Positions 23,546 to 35,040 of a stretch of DNA of 64,000 nucleotides are shown in pieces. This DNA is from Mustelus asterias (Eukaryota). The translations under genes were made by a program, and so were the position numbers. The stretch is taken from NCBI RefSeq assembly GCF_964213995.1, contig NC_135808.1, positions 50,406,001 to 50,470,000 on the forward strand, read 5' to 3'. Under the pieces are notes generated by a model. That model saw only the letters and a program-made list of their open reading frames with translations, searched no databases and was not told the DNA's origin. Numbering within the stretch: the stretch's first letter is position 1; the number at the start of each line of letters is the position of its first letter.

Positions 23546-23722
23546 CACTCACTACACTTGACACCAGGAAACGGTTAATACCATTTTACTGCACTATGTC
23601 TCTCACTACACCTGTCACTAGGAAACGGTCAATACTGTTTTACTGCACCGTGTCTCTCACTACACCTGTCACTAGGAAACGGTCAATACTGTTTTACTGC
23701 ACTATGTCTCTCACTACACCTG
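23546..23722. repeat. 54 bp tandem repeat, about 3.3 copies
   Basis: GGAAACGG recurs at 23567, 23621, 23675. Confidence 0.9.
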
Positions 23723-24106
23723 AAGTGGGGTGAATGAAATGATTTTACTGAGATTGAAGTTAAAACATTCATTATTAGCTGGAGAATGGACAAATGTAGA
23801 GATGAAGGCATGATGGTAAATTGAGCCAATGTTATTGGAATGAACAAGGTCACTGAATCTTCAAATCCCAGCCCAGCCCTTCAGGGGTGAGATCAGGAAA
23901 CACTTCGTCACTTGGAGACTGGTGGAAATCTGGAACTTTCTCCCTGAAAAAAAGCTGTTGAGGCTGCGGGGGAGCCAATTGAAAATGTTCAAACTGAGCT
24001 TCCTCCATCTGTCTCTACTATCCCCAAGTCTTTGCCTCTTCGCTCCCTGTTTGTGAAAACTCTCCTGTGTAGTCAGCTCATTCCGATTCCCGGGGGACGA
24101 GGCTGG

Positions 24107-27100
24107 TCTTTGTGATGTGGAGGATTTGGGGGAGGTCAGATCGGGGTCAAAGATGAGGCCAATGTTGTAGAGAGTCTGGTTGAGCAGCAGACAGTGCTCA
24201 GGGGGAGGGATGGAGTTTGTATCGGGAGCTGAAGACCAATGGCTTTGAACTTCCCAATGTGTTTCCCAGTGAGCCTGGCTCCTCAGTCCTGACTGCTCTG
24301 AGCTGCTGTTCTTTTCACTGATTGGACAGTTATTGTTAGAGATTCAGACCACAGCACAAATCCCCAGTGTCAAAAATAACTGCAAAGACTGTCAGATCGG
24401 AAGATTGAAACGTAACCAACAGAGGAAGTGAAAGAAGGAGCTCAGAGCAGCTGGATGTTTGTTACTGAGACGGGAGAAAATGGTGAACCGTGTCCACTAC
24501 CTCCAATCTCCCAGCACAGAAGGCACAGTGGGATACAGTCAGGAGGGAGTTATCCTGGGAATCCTCAACAACAATTCCAGACTCCATGTAGTCTCTCAGT
24601 ACATGTCAAACATGGACAAGGAAACTAAATAGCGTAACCCCCTCAGCTGATGAATCAGTTCTCCTCCATGTTGAAAAGCACTTGGAGGAAGCACTGAGGG
24701 TGGCAAGGACACAGAGTGTACTCTGGGTGGGGACTTCAATGTCCATCACCAAGAGTTACTCGGTAGCACCACCACACACCGAGCTGGCCGGGTCCTAAAG
24801 GACATAGCTGCTAGACTGGGACTGCGGCAGGTGGGGAGGGAACCAACAAGAGGGAGAAACATACTCGACCTCATCCTCACCAACCTGCCTGCCGCAGATG
24901 CATCTGTCCATGACAGTATCGGTAGCAGTGACCACCGCACAGTCCTTGTGGAGATAAAATCCCATCTTCACATTGAGGGTACCCTCCATCGTGTTGTGTG
25001 GCACTGCCACCGTGCTAAATGGGATCGATTTCAAACAGATCTAGCAACTCAAAACTGGCATCCATGAGGCACTGTGGGCCATCAGCAGCAGCAGAATTGT
25101 ACTCAACCACAATCTGTAACCTCATGGCCCGGCATATCCCCCACTCTACCATTACCACCCAGCCTGGGGATCAACCCTGGTTCAATGAAGAGTGCAGGAG
25201 GGCCTGACAGGAGCAACAGCAGATGTACTGAAAAATGAGGTGTTAACCTGGTGAAGCTACAACACAGGACTGTGTGCCAAACAGCAGAAGCAGCAAGTGA
25301 TAGACAGAGCTAAACCATCCCACAAACAATGGATCAGATCTAAGCTCTGCAGTCCTGCCACATCCAGCCGTGAATGGTGGTGGACAATTAAACAACTCAC
25401 TGGAGGAGGAGGCTCCACAAATATCCCCATCCTTAATGATGGCGGAACCCAGCACATTAGTGGAAAAAATAAGGCTGATACTGCAAAGACTCTGGGTCCC
25501 GATAATAATCCAGCAACAGGCCTGAAGACTTGTGCTCCAGAACTTCCCTTGCTCCCAGCCAAGCTGTTCCAGTACAGCTACAACACTGGCATCTATCCGG
25601 AAATGTGGAAAATTGTACAGGTATGTCGTGTATACCAAAAAACAGGACAAATCTATTCTGGCCAATTCCCGCCCCATCAGTCTACTCTGCATCATCAGCA
25701 AAGAGATTGATAGAACTGTCGATGACACATTCTAACAGCTGTAATCAGCAATAACCTGCTCACTGACACTCAGTCTGGGTTCCACCAGGGTCACTCAGCT
25801 CCTGACCTCATTACAGCCTTGGTTCAAACATGGACAAAAGAGCTGAACCCCAGAGGTGAGGTGAGAGTGACTGCCCTTGACATCAAGGCAGCATTTGACC
25901 GAGTGTGGCATCAAGGAGCCCTCGCAAAACTGGAGTCAATGGGAATCAGGGGGAAACTCTCCACTGGTTGGAGTCACACCCAGCACAATGGTAGATGGTT
26001 GTGGTTCTAGGATTTCAATCTGAGATTGCCCCAGGACATCACTGCAGGAGTTCCTCAGGGTAGTGTCCTCAGCCCAACCATCTTCAGCTGCTTCATCAAT
26101 GACCTTCCCTCCATCATAAGGTCAGAAATGGGGATGTTCGCTGATGACTGCACAATGTTCAGCACCATTCACAACTCCTCAGATCCTGAAGCAGTCTATG
26201 TCCAAATGCAGCAAGATCTGGACAATATCCAGGCTTGGGGTGACAAGTGGAAAGTAACAATCACACCTCGCAAGTGCCAGGCAAGGACCATCTCCAACAA
26301 GAGAGAATTTTAACATCTCCCCTTGACATTAACTGTCATTACCATCGCTGAATTCCCCCACTATTAACATCCTGGTTGTTATGATTGACCAAAAACTGAA
26401 CAGGAAAAGCCATATAAATACTGTGGTTACAAGAGCAGGTGAGTAGTTAAGAATACTGTGGAGAGTAACTCACCTCATGGCTCCCCAAAGCCTGCCCACC
26501 ATCTACAGAGCACAAGTCAGGAGTGTGATGGAATACTCTCGACTTCCCAGGATGAGTGCAGCTCCAACAACACTCAAGAAGCTCAACATCATTCAGGACA
26601 AAGCAGCCTCGCTTGATTGATTCCCCTTCCACTAACATTCAATTCCTTCACCACTGTCGAACAGTGGCAGCCGTGTGTACCATCTACAAGATGCCCTGCA
26701 TGAACTCACCAAGGTTCCTGAGGCAGCACCTTCCAAACCCACAACCACTACTAACTGGAAAGATGCAGATCACTGGGAACACAACCACCCGGAGATTCCC
26801 CTCCAAGTCCCTCACCATCCTGACTTGGAAATATAGTGCCATTCCTTCACTGTCGCTGGGTCAAAATCCTGGAACTGCCTCCCTAACAGCACTGTGGTTG
26901 TGCCTACACCTCATGGACTGCAGCGGTTCAAGAAGGCAGCTCACCACCATCTCCTCAGGGCAATTAAGGATGGGCAATAAATGCTGGTGTAGCCAGTGAC
27001 ACCAACTTCCCGTGAATGAATAAATTATTAAAAAGTTCTACAATGTCTCATTCTGTGTGTTGAACTCTGGAACCTGTCGGCAGGATATTTGACTGCAGGA

Positions 27101-28891
27101 GCCTTCACCAGTGTCCAATTCTCACCCCAACCGAAATCCACACAGAACCTGAATTTATATAGCACCTTCGTGTACAACACAGCCCAAGATGTGTCACAGA
27201 GCGGCAGTAAGGAACGGGGGTGGGAGAGGGTGGGGGTGGAGGAACGTGAAGAGGAGAGATTGAAGACTTGGGTGAAAGGATGGAGCTTGATGGGGAGAGA
27301 GGCTTGGAGAGGGGGAGGGATTAGGGGTGGGAGGTCAGAGTGCAGGGCCTGGATGTCTGAAGGCTCTGCAGTCAATGGTGGGATGAAGGAAGCAGCGATG
27401 GGCAGGAGAGCAGAGTCAGAAGATGGAAGGTGAGGGAGGGAATGTGAGTCTGCAGAGGTAGGGAGGAGTGAGGCCATGGAGGGAATTGGAGGGCAGTGAG
27501 GTCAGGGGTAACAGGAGAGATTAAGTTAGTTAGGATTATATTCACTGAAGTTTGAGGATAAAGGGTAAACCTTTTAGAACTGAGGTGAGGAGAAATTTCT
27601 TCACCCAGAGGGTGGAGAATGTGTGGAATGCACTTTGACAGAATGGGGTTGAGGCCAAAACTTTGTCTGATTTCAAGAAGAAATTAGATATAGCTCTTGG
27701 GGCTAAAGGGATCAAGGGATATGAGAGGAAGGGGCCGGATCAGGATATTAAATTCGATGATCAGTCATGATCAAAATGAATGGTGGAGAAGGCTTGAAGG
27801 GCCGAATGGCCTACTCTTGCTTCAAGATTCTATATTCCTATGTCACTGAGGTCAAGGGTAACATGTCAGTGAGGTCAGGGGTGATGGGTCAGTGAGGTCA
27901 GAGGTAGTGTTGGAACGACACTTGGTGTGAGACAGGATCCAGACTCACTGCGTTTGGGACAAGTTCGGGTTTATGGAGTGTAGATGAAGGGAGCCGGGAG
28001 AGGATATCGGAATAATAGAGTTAGGAGGAGTGAGAAGCAGGGATAAGAGTCTCTGCGCTCATGGGGCTGATGTAGTGTAGAGACGGACAATGTTGTAGAG
28101 ATGGAAATAAGAGGCCTACGTGATGGATAGGATGTGGAGTTTGAAGCTCAGCTACTGGAAGCTACAGTGGGAAGGAGGCCCATGTCTACTGGTCCCTATT
28201 GGAGGCTCCAGTGGGGAGGAAGCCCATGTTTACTGGTCCCTATTGGAGGCTCCAGTGGGAAGGAGGCCCATGTTTACTGGTCCCTATTGGAGGGTCCAGT
28301 GGGACATGGACACCATGGTGGATGTGGAGCAGTTTCTTTATGTTATAAATGTGTGATTGTTCACTTTTGAGGAAGTCACAAAGTGGGTGAAGGGAACTTG
28401 TAGATGTGATATATAGGGAATTCCAAAAGGTATTTGATAAATTGCCACATCAAATCTTGCTACACAAGATACGAGCTGATGGTGTGTGGGTAACATATTA
28501 GCATTAAAAGAGGATTGGTTAGCGAACAGAGACCAGAGAGAGGGGTAAATGATTGTTTTGGGGTTGGGAAGTTGTAATTAGTGGAATTCTGGAACAATCA
28601 GTGCTGGGACCACAACTATTCACAATCCATATCAATGACTTGGATGAAGGGAGTGAATGGAGCTGATGTCCCAATGACAGCAGCATGGTCAGTGCAGGCT
28701 TAGAGGGTCGAAGGGCCTGTTCCTGTGCTGTAATTTTCTTTGTTTTTTGACACTAAGATAGTTGGGGAAAGTAAGTTATCAAGAGGAGATAGAGAGTCTG
28801 CAAACAGATGGAAACAAGGGAAGTGAGTGGCTAAACATTTGGAATATAACTGGGTAAATGTGAATGTGTCCACTTTGGCAGGAAGAATAGA
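24107..28891 (+). repeat. Inverted segmental duplicate (arm B) upstream of the V gene; contains the LINE relic (about 24500-27020) and a ~3-copy version of the 44-bp VNTR (about 28150-28305)
   Basis: Reverse complement of 1-4957. Shared ORF translations appear on opposite strands, e.g. 4114..4308 (+) equals 24746..24940 (-). Confidence 0.93.
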
Positions 28892-29608
28892 ACAGCAGTA
28901 AACTATTGAAATGGAGAGAGATTGCACAACTCGGTGCTACAGAGGGATCTGGCTGTCCTGGGACATGAATCACAACAAGTTAGTCTGCAGCTACAGCAAG
29001 TGATTAGGAAGACAAATGGAATATTGGTGTTTATTACAAGGAGAATGGAATATAAAAATAGGGAAGTTTTACTGCAGCTGTACAGTGTCTCGGTGAGACC
29101 ACATCTGGAATACTGTACATTTTGGTCTCCTTATTTGAAAAAGGATATAATTGTGTTAGAAGCAGTTCAGAGAAGATTCACTCGACACATTCCAGGGGTG
29201 AGGGGTTATCTTATGAAGAAAAGTTGGACAGGTTGGGCCTGAACCCATTGGAGTTTAGAAGAATGAGAGGTGATCTTATTGAAACATATCAGATTGTGAG
29301 GGGACTGACAGAGTGGATACCAGGAGGGTGGTGCCTCTTCTGGGGCAGAGTGAGATGAGTGGACAGACGGATAGAAGTGCTGGAGAGAAAGTGATGGAGA
29401 AGGAGAGCTGAATTGAGGAAGGGAGAGGGAGAGAATGACAAGAGAGAAAGAATGAGTGAAGGAGAGGGCAAAGAAGGAGAATAAGACAGGAACAACAAGA
29501 GAGAGAGACCGAGAGAGGGGGATCAGAGAGAGGGGGAACAGAGAAGGGGGAATAGAGAGAGCGGGAGCAGAGACTGAGGGACAGAGACTGAGGGAGGGAG
29601 AGAGAAGA

Positions 29609-29705
29609 AGAGGAAGTGAAAGGTGCTGACGTGGTTTCTCTGGGTCAGACCATTTACAGACTGAGGAACAGGCAGTGAGACTCTGACAGGCTGCAGCTTT
29701 ATAAA
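29609..29705 (+). promoter_or_regulatory. Putative V kappa promoter: ETS-IRF composite element, CRE/UPRE-like site, degenerate octamer, TATA box
   Basis: GGAAGTGAAA 29612-29621, TGACGTGG 29627-29634, ATTTACAG 29652-29659 and TTTATAAA 29698-29705. The TATA box is about 60 bp upstream of the ATG. Confidence 0.7.
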
Positions 29706-29765
29706 GCAGAGCCCAGTGAAGGGAGAGTTTATCAGTAACCAGGCACAGGGACACGACCACACACC

Positions 29766-29814
29766 ATGATTTCAGCCATCCAGCTGCTCTGGCCTCTGGC
29801 ATTCTGCATCGCAG
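29766..29814 (+). CDS. IGKV: Ig kappa-type light chain leader exon (MISAIQLLWPLAFCIA-G)
   Basis: CACCATG Kozak context, hydrophobic signal peptide, and a phase-1 GT donor at 29815 that splices in frame to 30001. Confidence 0.92.
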
Positions 29815-30000
29815 GTACAAATCTCTCTCCTTCCACCTTGAATATTTTCCTGCTCTCCATTTCAATCCAATTCTCCTGACTTGTGATTGAAGGGAAAATG
29901 CTGAAAGGAGAGGAACAGTCAGTGTCTCCAACAATATGTCATTGTACAGCGTCTTTCTGTGACAGTTCTTACTTCACTCTGTTTCTCTATTACCCCTCAG

Positions 30001-30298
30001 GTATCAGTGGAGACATCATCATGACCCAGTCTCCCCCGGTGCTGTCAGTGAGCCTGGGCCAGACCGCCACCATCACCTGCACGGCCAGTCAATCTGTTAG
30101 CAGTTACGTGAGTTGGTATCAACAGCGAGAAGGACAGAAACCGGCTCTGCTGATCTATGATGCATCAAGTCGATTCACAGGAATATCCGACCGATTCACC
30201 GGCAGTGGATCTGGGACACAATACACCCTGACAATCAGCAATGTACAGAATGAGGATGTCGCTGATTATTACTGTCAGTACGGTTACAGCTCCTCCTA
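30001..30298 (+). CDS. IGKV: Ig kappa-type V segment (germline, unrearranged, open)
   Basis: Pyrimidine tract and AG at 29999-30000. [27 protein letters not shown]...WYQQ...LLIY...GSGSGT..DVADYYC, closely resembling the nurse shark NS4 kappa type. Confidence 0.97.
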
Positions 30299-30326
30299 CA
30301 CAGTGATACAGAGCCTTACAAAAACC
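30299..30326 (+). other. V recombination signal sequence, 12-bp spacer
   Basis: CACAGTG-ATACAGAGCCTT-ACAAAAACC. Heptamer and nonamer are perfect consensus; V-12/J-23 is the kappa configuration. Confidence 0.97.
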
Positions 30327-30329
30327 CCA

Positions 30330-31548
30330 ACACACACAGCACCACCTCCTGTACTGACACATCCCACAGTTTTATATAATATATAATAATGGACACACAG
30401 TCCCACCTCCTGGACTGACACATCCCACAGTTTTATATAATATATAATAATGGACACACAGTCCCACCTCCTGTACTGACACATCCCACAGTGTTATATA
30501 ATATATAATAATGGACACACAGTCCCACCTCCTGTACTGACACATCCCACAGTTTAATATAATATATAATAATGGACACACAGTCCCACCTCCTGTACTG
30601 ACACATCCCACAGTTTTATATAATATATAATAATGGACACACAGTCCCACCTCCTGTACTGACACATCCCACAGTGTTATATAATATATAATAATGGACA
30701 CACAGTCCCACCTCCTGTACTGACACATCCCACAGTTTTATATAATATATAATAATGAACACACAGTCCCACCTCCTGTACTGACACATCCCACAGTTTT
30801 ATATAATATATAATAATGGACACACAGTCCCACCTCCTGTACTGACACATCCCACAGTTTCATATAATATATAATAATGGACACACAGTCCCACCTCCTG
30901 TACTGACACATCCCACAGTTTCATATAATATATAATAATGGACACACAGTCCCACCTCCTGTACTGACACATCCCACAGTGTTATATAATATATAATAAT
31001 GGACACACAGTCCCACCTCCTGTACTGACACATCCCACAGTTTCATATAATATATAATAATGGACACACAGCACCACCTCCTGTACTGACACATCCCACA
31101 GTTTTATATAATATATAATAATGAACACACAGTCCCACCTCCTGTACTGACACATCCCACAGTTTTATATAATATATAATAATGGACACACAGTCCCACC
31201 TCCTGTACTGACACATCCCACAGTTTTATATAATATATAATAATGGACACACAGTCCCACCTCCTGTACTGACACATCCCACAGTTTTATATAATATATA
31301 ATAATGGACACACAGCACCACCTCCTGTACTGACACATCCCACAGTTTTATATAATATATAATAATGGACACACAGTCCCACCTCCTGTACTGACACATC
31401 CCACAGTTTTATATAATATATAATAATGGACACACAGTCCCACCTCCTGTACTGACACATCCCACAGTTTTATATAATATATAATAATGGACACACAGTC
31501 CCACCTCCTGTACTGACACATCCCACAGTTTTATATAATATATAATAA
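30330..31548 (+). repeat. 61 bp minisatellite, about 20 copies, in the V-J interval
   Basis: Unit GGACACACAGTCCCACCTCCTGTACTGACACATCCCACAGTTTTATATAATATATAATAAT (starts 30391, 30452, ...), highly homogeneous. Confidence 0.97.
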
Positions 31549-31725
31549 AGACAAGAAAGGAAACTGGACAAATTATTTGCACTGTCCACTACACACTCCA
31601 GTCCCTGTGGTGTCCACCGCTCGCTGAAGGCCTCGAGTTTCCCGCTTACTCTCCATGTCCACATATGAAGAGCAGCTGAAAGATTCATCATCTCAAATTA
31701 GAATTCTCAACTCTCCCGACAAAAC

Positions 31726-31995
31726 NNNNNNNNNNNNNNNNNNNNNNNNNNNNNNNNNNNNNNNNNNNNNNNNNNNNNNNNNNNNNNNNNNNNNNNNNNN
31801 NNNNNNNNNNNNNNNNNNNNNNNNNNNNNNNNNNNNNNNNNNNNNNNNNNNNNNNNNNNNNNNNNNNNNNNNNNNNNNNNNNNNNNNNNNNNNNNNNNNN
31901 NNNNNNNNNNNNNNNNNNNNNNNNNNNNNNNNNNNNNNNNNNNNNNNNNNNNNNNNNNNNNNNNNNNNNNNNNNNNNNNNNNNNNNNNNNNNNNN
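31726..31995. other. Assembly gap (270 N)
   Basis: Run of N between the V-side repeat and the J segment. Confidence 1.
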
Positions 31996-32013
31996 AGTGA
32001 GGCAGAGAGCAGA

Positions 32014-32052
32014 GGTTTTTGTACAGCTCCTGCACTGGAAGCTGTCAGTGTG
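32014..32052 (-). other. J recombination signal sequence, 23-bp spacer
   Basis: GGTTTTTGT (32014-32022), 23 bp, CAGTGTG (32046-32052). The heptamer reads CACACTG, one mismatch, with the essential CAC intact. Confidence 0.95.
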
Positions 32053-32087
32053 CCTTACGTTCGGTAAAGGAACCAAACTCAGACTGA
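32053..32087 (+). CDS. IGKJ: Ig kappa-type J segment (LTFGKGTKLRL)
   Basis: FGxG motif and a phase-1 GTAAGT donor at 32088 that splices in frame to the C exon. Confidence 0.95.
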
Positions 32088-32914
32088 GTAAGTAAAGCCC
32101 AATCCTCCGTTATTAACCCTTTCAATGCTGAAACTTTCTCAAACACAAATGCTGAATAGTTGAAGGTGTTGGTGAGGAAGCTGCAGTCAATGAAATGGTT
32201 GATTGAAGAACATTGTGTGGAACAGGGAGCCCAGCTGTATTTCTTTCCTTCCATTCCCCCCTTTAAGCAGCAAGATATAAGTAAGCAGCTTTTACCCACC
32301 GTGTGGAGGAGATCTGGACGTTTGCAGACTGTGCTCACATTCCTGCAGCATGGAGTGAAATCACTCTCTAGGCTCCTGTCAGTCTCAGTGTGACACACAC
32401 AGGCAGAGTTTGATGTGAAGTCGGACTCCCTGTCACACTCTCTGATATAACTGATCACAGCACCAGCACAGTGAGACACCGAGGTGCCACCTCCCCCAGC
32501 TTTCACTCTGCTCTCTCCACTCCCTGCTTATCTCTTGCTAAAGTTCTGATGACAAACAGCTACAGCAGGGCCCACAATCCAGTGGCTTCAGTGTTCCAGG
32601 CTTTTGGAGAGACTCTCAGTTACTTTCTCTCTGGGACGATTTCAGTCCGATATTTATCCCGGATCCAACATCACTGAAAATGCTGATTGTTCTCATTGCT
32701 GTGAGTGGGATCTTGCTGTGTACATGTTGTGACCAGTCCTCAGACAAGGTCCCTCGTTTGTTAACTTCCTGAACTCGATCCCAATTTTGTTTTGCTCCTG
32801 GGTGAGGAGTAATCAGCTGGAATCCCGCACTCGATTGGTCTCAACAGGGTTCATTTAAAATGGATCCCTTCACCCGTGGAAACCTTACACAGTCCACATA
32901 GTCCTTTATTAGCC

Positions 32915-33135
32915 TTTGAATCTCTACAGTGCAGAAGGAGGCTATTCAGTCCATCGAATCTGTACCAACTCTCTGAAAGAGCTTCTTACCCAGGCTCCCC
33001 ACCCTATCCCTGTAACCCTGCGCATTTACCATTGCTAATCCACCTAAAGGACACACTAGGGGTAATTTAGCATGGCCAATCCATCTGACCTGCAGATCTT
33101 TGGACTGTGGGAGGAAACTGGACCATCCGGAGGAA
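32915..33135 (-). mobile_element. HE1-like SINE 3' half in the J-C intron
   Basis: Reverse complement of TTTCCTCCCACAGTCCAAAGATCTGCAGG...ATTGGCCATGCTAAATT. Confidence 0.8.
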
Positions 33136-34699
33136 TGTCTCAACTCACATTCTGTCACACCCGCACCAGTACACAGAGCTCAGGTGTGCAGTTGGATTTT
33201 TAACCCATTTCCCTGTTGTTTCCTGAAAGGTAACAAACAAACATGTCTTTCACCCCAGAGTCAGTTTACTTTGAACTCAGACCATTTCCACATTCTGAGG
33301 TATAACTCAACAGCAGGTGGGTTTTGAATGTCTGCTGAGATGTGACAATCAGTCTCCATTGTTTCCGTAACAAAAGGAGATTAAAGTTTAGTCTGAGACA
33401 TTTTTTCTATCTCCATTTCTATTTCCTGTTTGATGAAATCCCTGACATCTTTCAGGTGTGACATTCCATCTTCTCTCAGGACAATCAGTCAAATATAACC
33501 CACATCGGAATTTTCCAGAAGCTGGTCACTTTACATTCTCGGCCATCTTGGCTCAGTCATCGTCTCATAGAAATTTACTGCACAGAAAGAGGCCCTTCAG
33601 CCCATCCTGTCTCTGCCGGCCATTAAGCACCCAACTATTCTAATCCCATTTTCCAGCACTTGGTTCATAGCCTTGTATGGTTTGGAATTTCAAATGCTCA
33701 TCTAAATACTTCTTAAATGTTGTGAGGGTTCCTGTATCTACCATTGTTTCAGGCAGTGAGTTCCAGATTCCCAACAGCCTCTGAGTGAAAAAGTTTTTCC
33801 TCCAATCCCTCAAAATCTTCTGCCTCTGAGATTAAATCTATGCTCCCTGGTTTTTGAATCTGCTGCTAAAAGGGGAAAAGTTTCTTCGTATCTGCTCTAT
33901 GTCTTCATAATTCTGACCTGCTGCGGTTATACAGGTCCTTGGTGAGGCCGCACTGGGAATATTGTGCGCAGTTTTGGTCTCCCTATCTCAGGAAGGATAT
34001 ATTTGCTCCAGAGGGAGTGCAGAGAAGGTATCCCAGACTGATTCCTGTTATAATGGGACTGATGTATGAGGAGACATTGAGTTGGTTAAGACTTGTATTC
34101 ACTGGAGTTCAGAGGCAACTCATGGAGACCTAACAGGTGAGGGGGATTAGTGAGGTAAATACATGGGGTTATGGGGTAAGAGTTGATGCAGACTCGATGG
34201 GCCGAATGGCCTCCGCCTGCACTTCAGGGATTCTATTGTCCATGTCTGTGCCGGCCACCAAGCACCTATCTATTCCAATCCCATTTTCCAGCACTTGGTC
34301 CGTTGCCTTGTTTGCTTTGGAATTTCAAGCGCTTATCTAAATGTTTCTTAAATGTTGTGAGTGCTCCCACCTCCACCACCCTTTCAGGCAGTGAGTTCCA
34401 GATTCCCAGCACCCTCTGGGTGAAAAGATTTCCCTCAAGTCCCTCAAAATCTGCTGCCTCTGTGATTAAGGGGAAAAGTTTCCTCATATCTACCCTATCT
34501 CTGTCCCTCGTAATTCTGTCTTTCTGCAGTTATACAGGGCCTTGGTGAGGCCACACTGGGAATAATGTGTACAGTTTTACTCTCCTTATCTGAGGAAGGA
34601 CGTTTTTGCGACAGAGGGAGTGCAGCAAAGGTTTACTGGAATGATTTCTGCGATAGTGGGATTGATGTAGGAGGAGAGATTGTGTTGGTTAAGATTATA

Positions 34700-35012
34700 T
34701 TTTTTTAAAGTTTATTTATGAGTCACAAATAGGCTTACATTTACACTGCAATGAAGTCACTGTGAAAATCCCCATGTGGGCACATTCCGGTGCCTGTTCG
34801 GGGATACTGAGGGAGTATTTAGCGTGGCCAATTCACCTAACCTGCACACCTTTTGGACTGTGAGAGGAATCTGGAGCACCTGGAGGAAACCCACACAGAC
34901 ATGGAGAGAATGTGCAAACTCCATTCAGACAGTGACCCAAGCTGGCAATTGAACCTGGGTCCCTGGCACTGTGAGGCAGCAGTGCTAACCACTGTGCCAC
35001 CGTGCTGCCCCC
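34700..35012 (-). mobile_element. tRNA-derived SINE
   Basis: CCTGGGTCCCTGGCACTGTGAGGCAGCAGTGCTAACCACTGTGCCACCGTGCTGCCC on +. Confidence 0.88.
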
Positions 35013-35040
35013 ACTGCAGTTCAGAAGAATGAGGGGGGAT

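Noticed and set aside
29206-29934. 242-aa minus-strand Leu/Ser-rich ORF antisense to the leader
   Set aside because: Derived from the GA-rich low-complexity tract upstream of the promoter.
29883-30386. 167-aa ORF as the full V gene
   Set aside because: The ORF runs through intron and RSS. The real structure is leader exon 29766-29814 spliced to 30001-30298.
30330-31548. CRISPR-like appearance of the regular array
   Set aside because: Units are head-to-tail with no unique spacers, there are no cas genes, and the context is vertebrate.
30001-32087. Germline-joined VJ, or lambda/sigma assignment
   Set aside because: Both RSSs are present, so the gene is unjoined. The V-12/J-23 spacers and protein sequence fit the kappa (NS4-like) type.
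31655-32095. ORFs spanning the N gap
   Set aside because: Artefacts of unknown bases. Only the J segment is supported.
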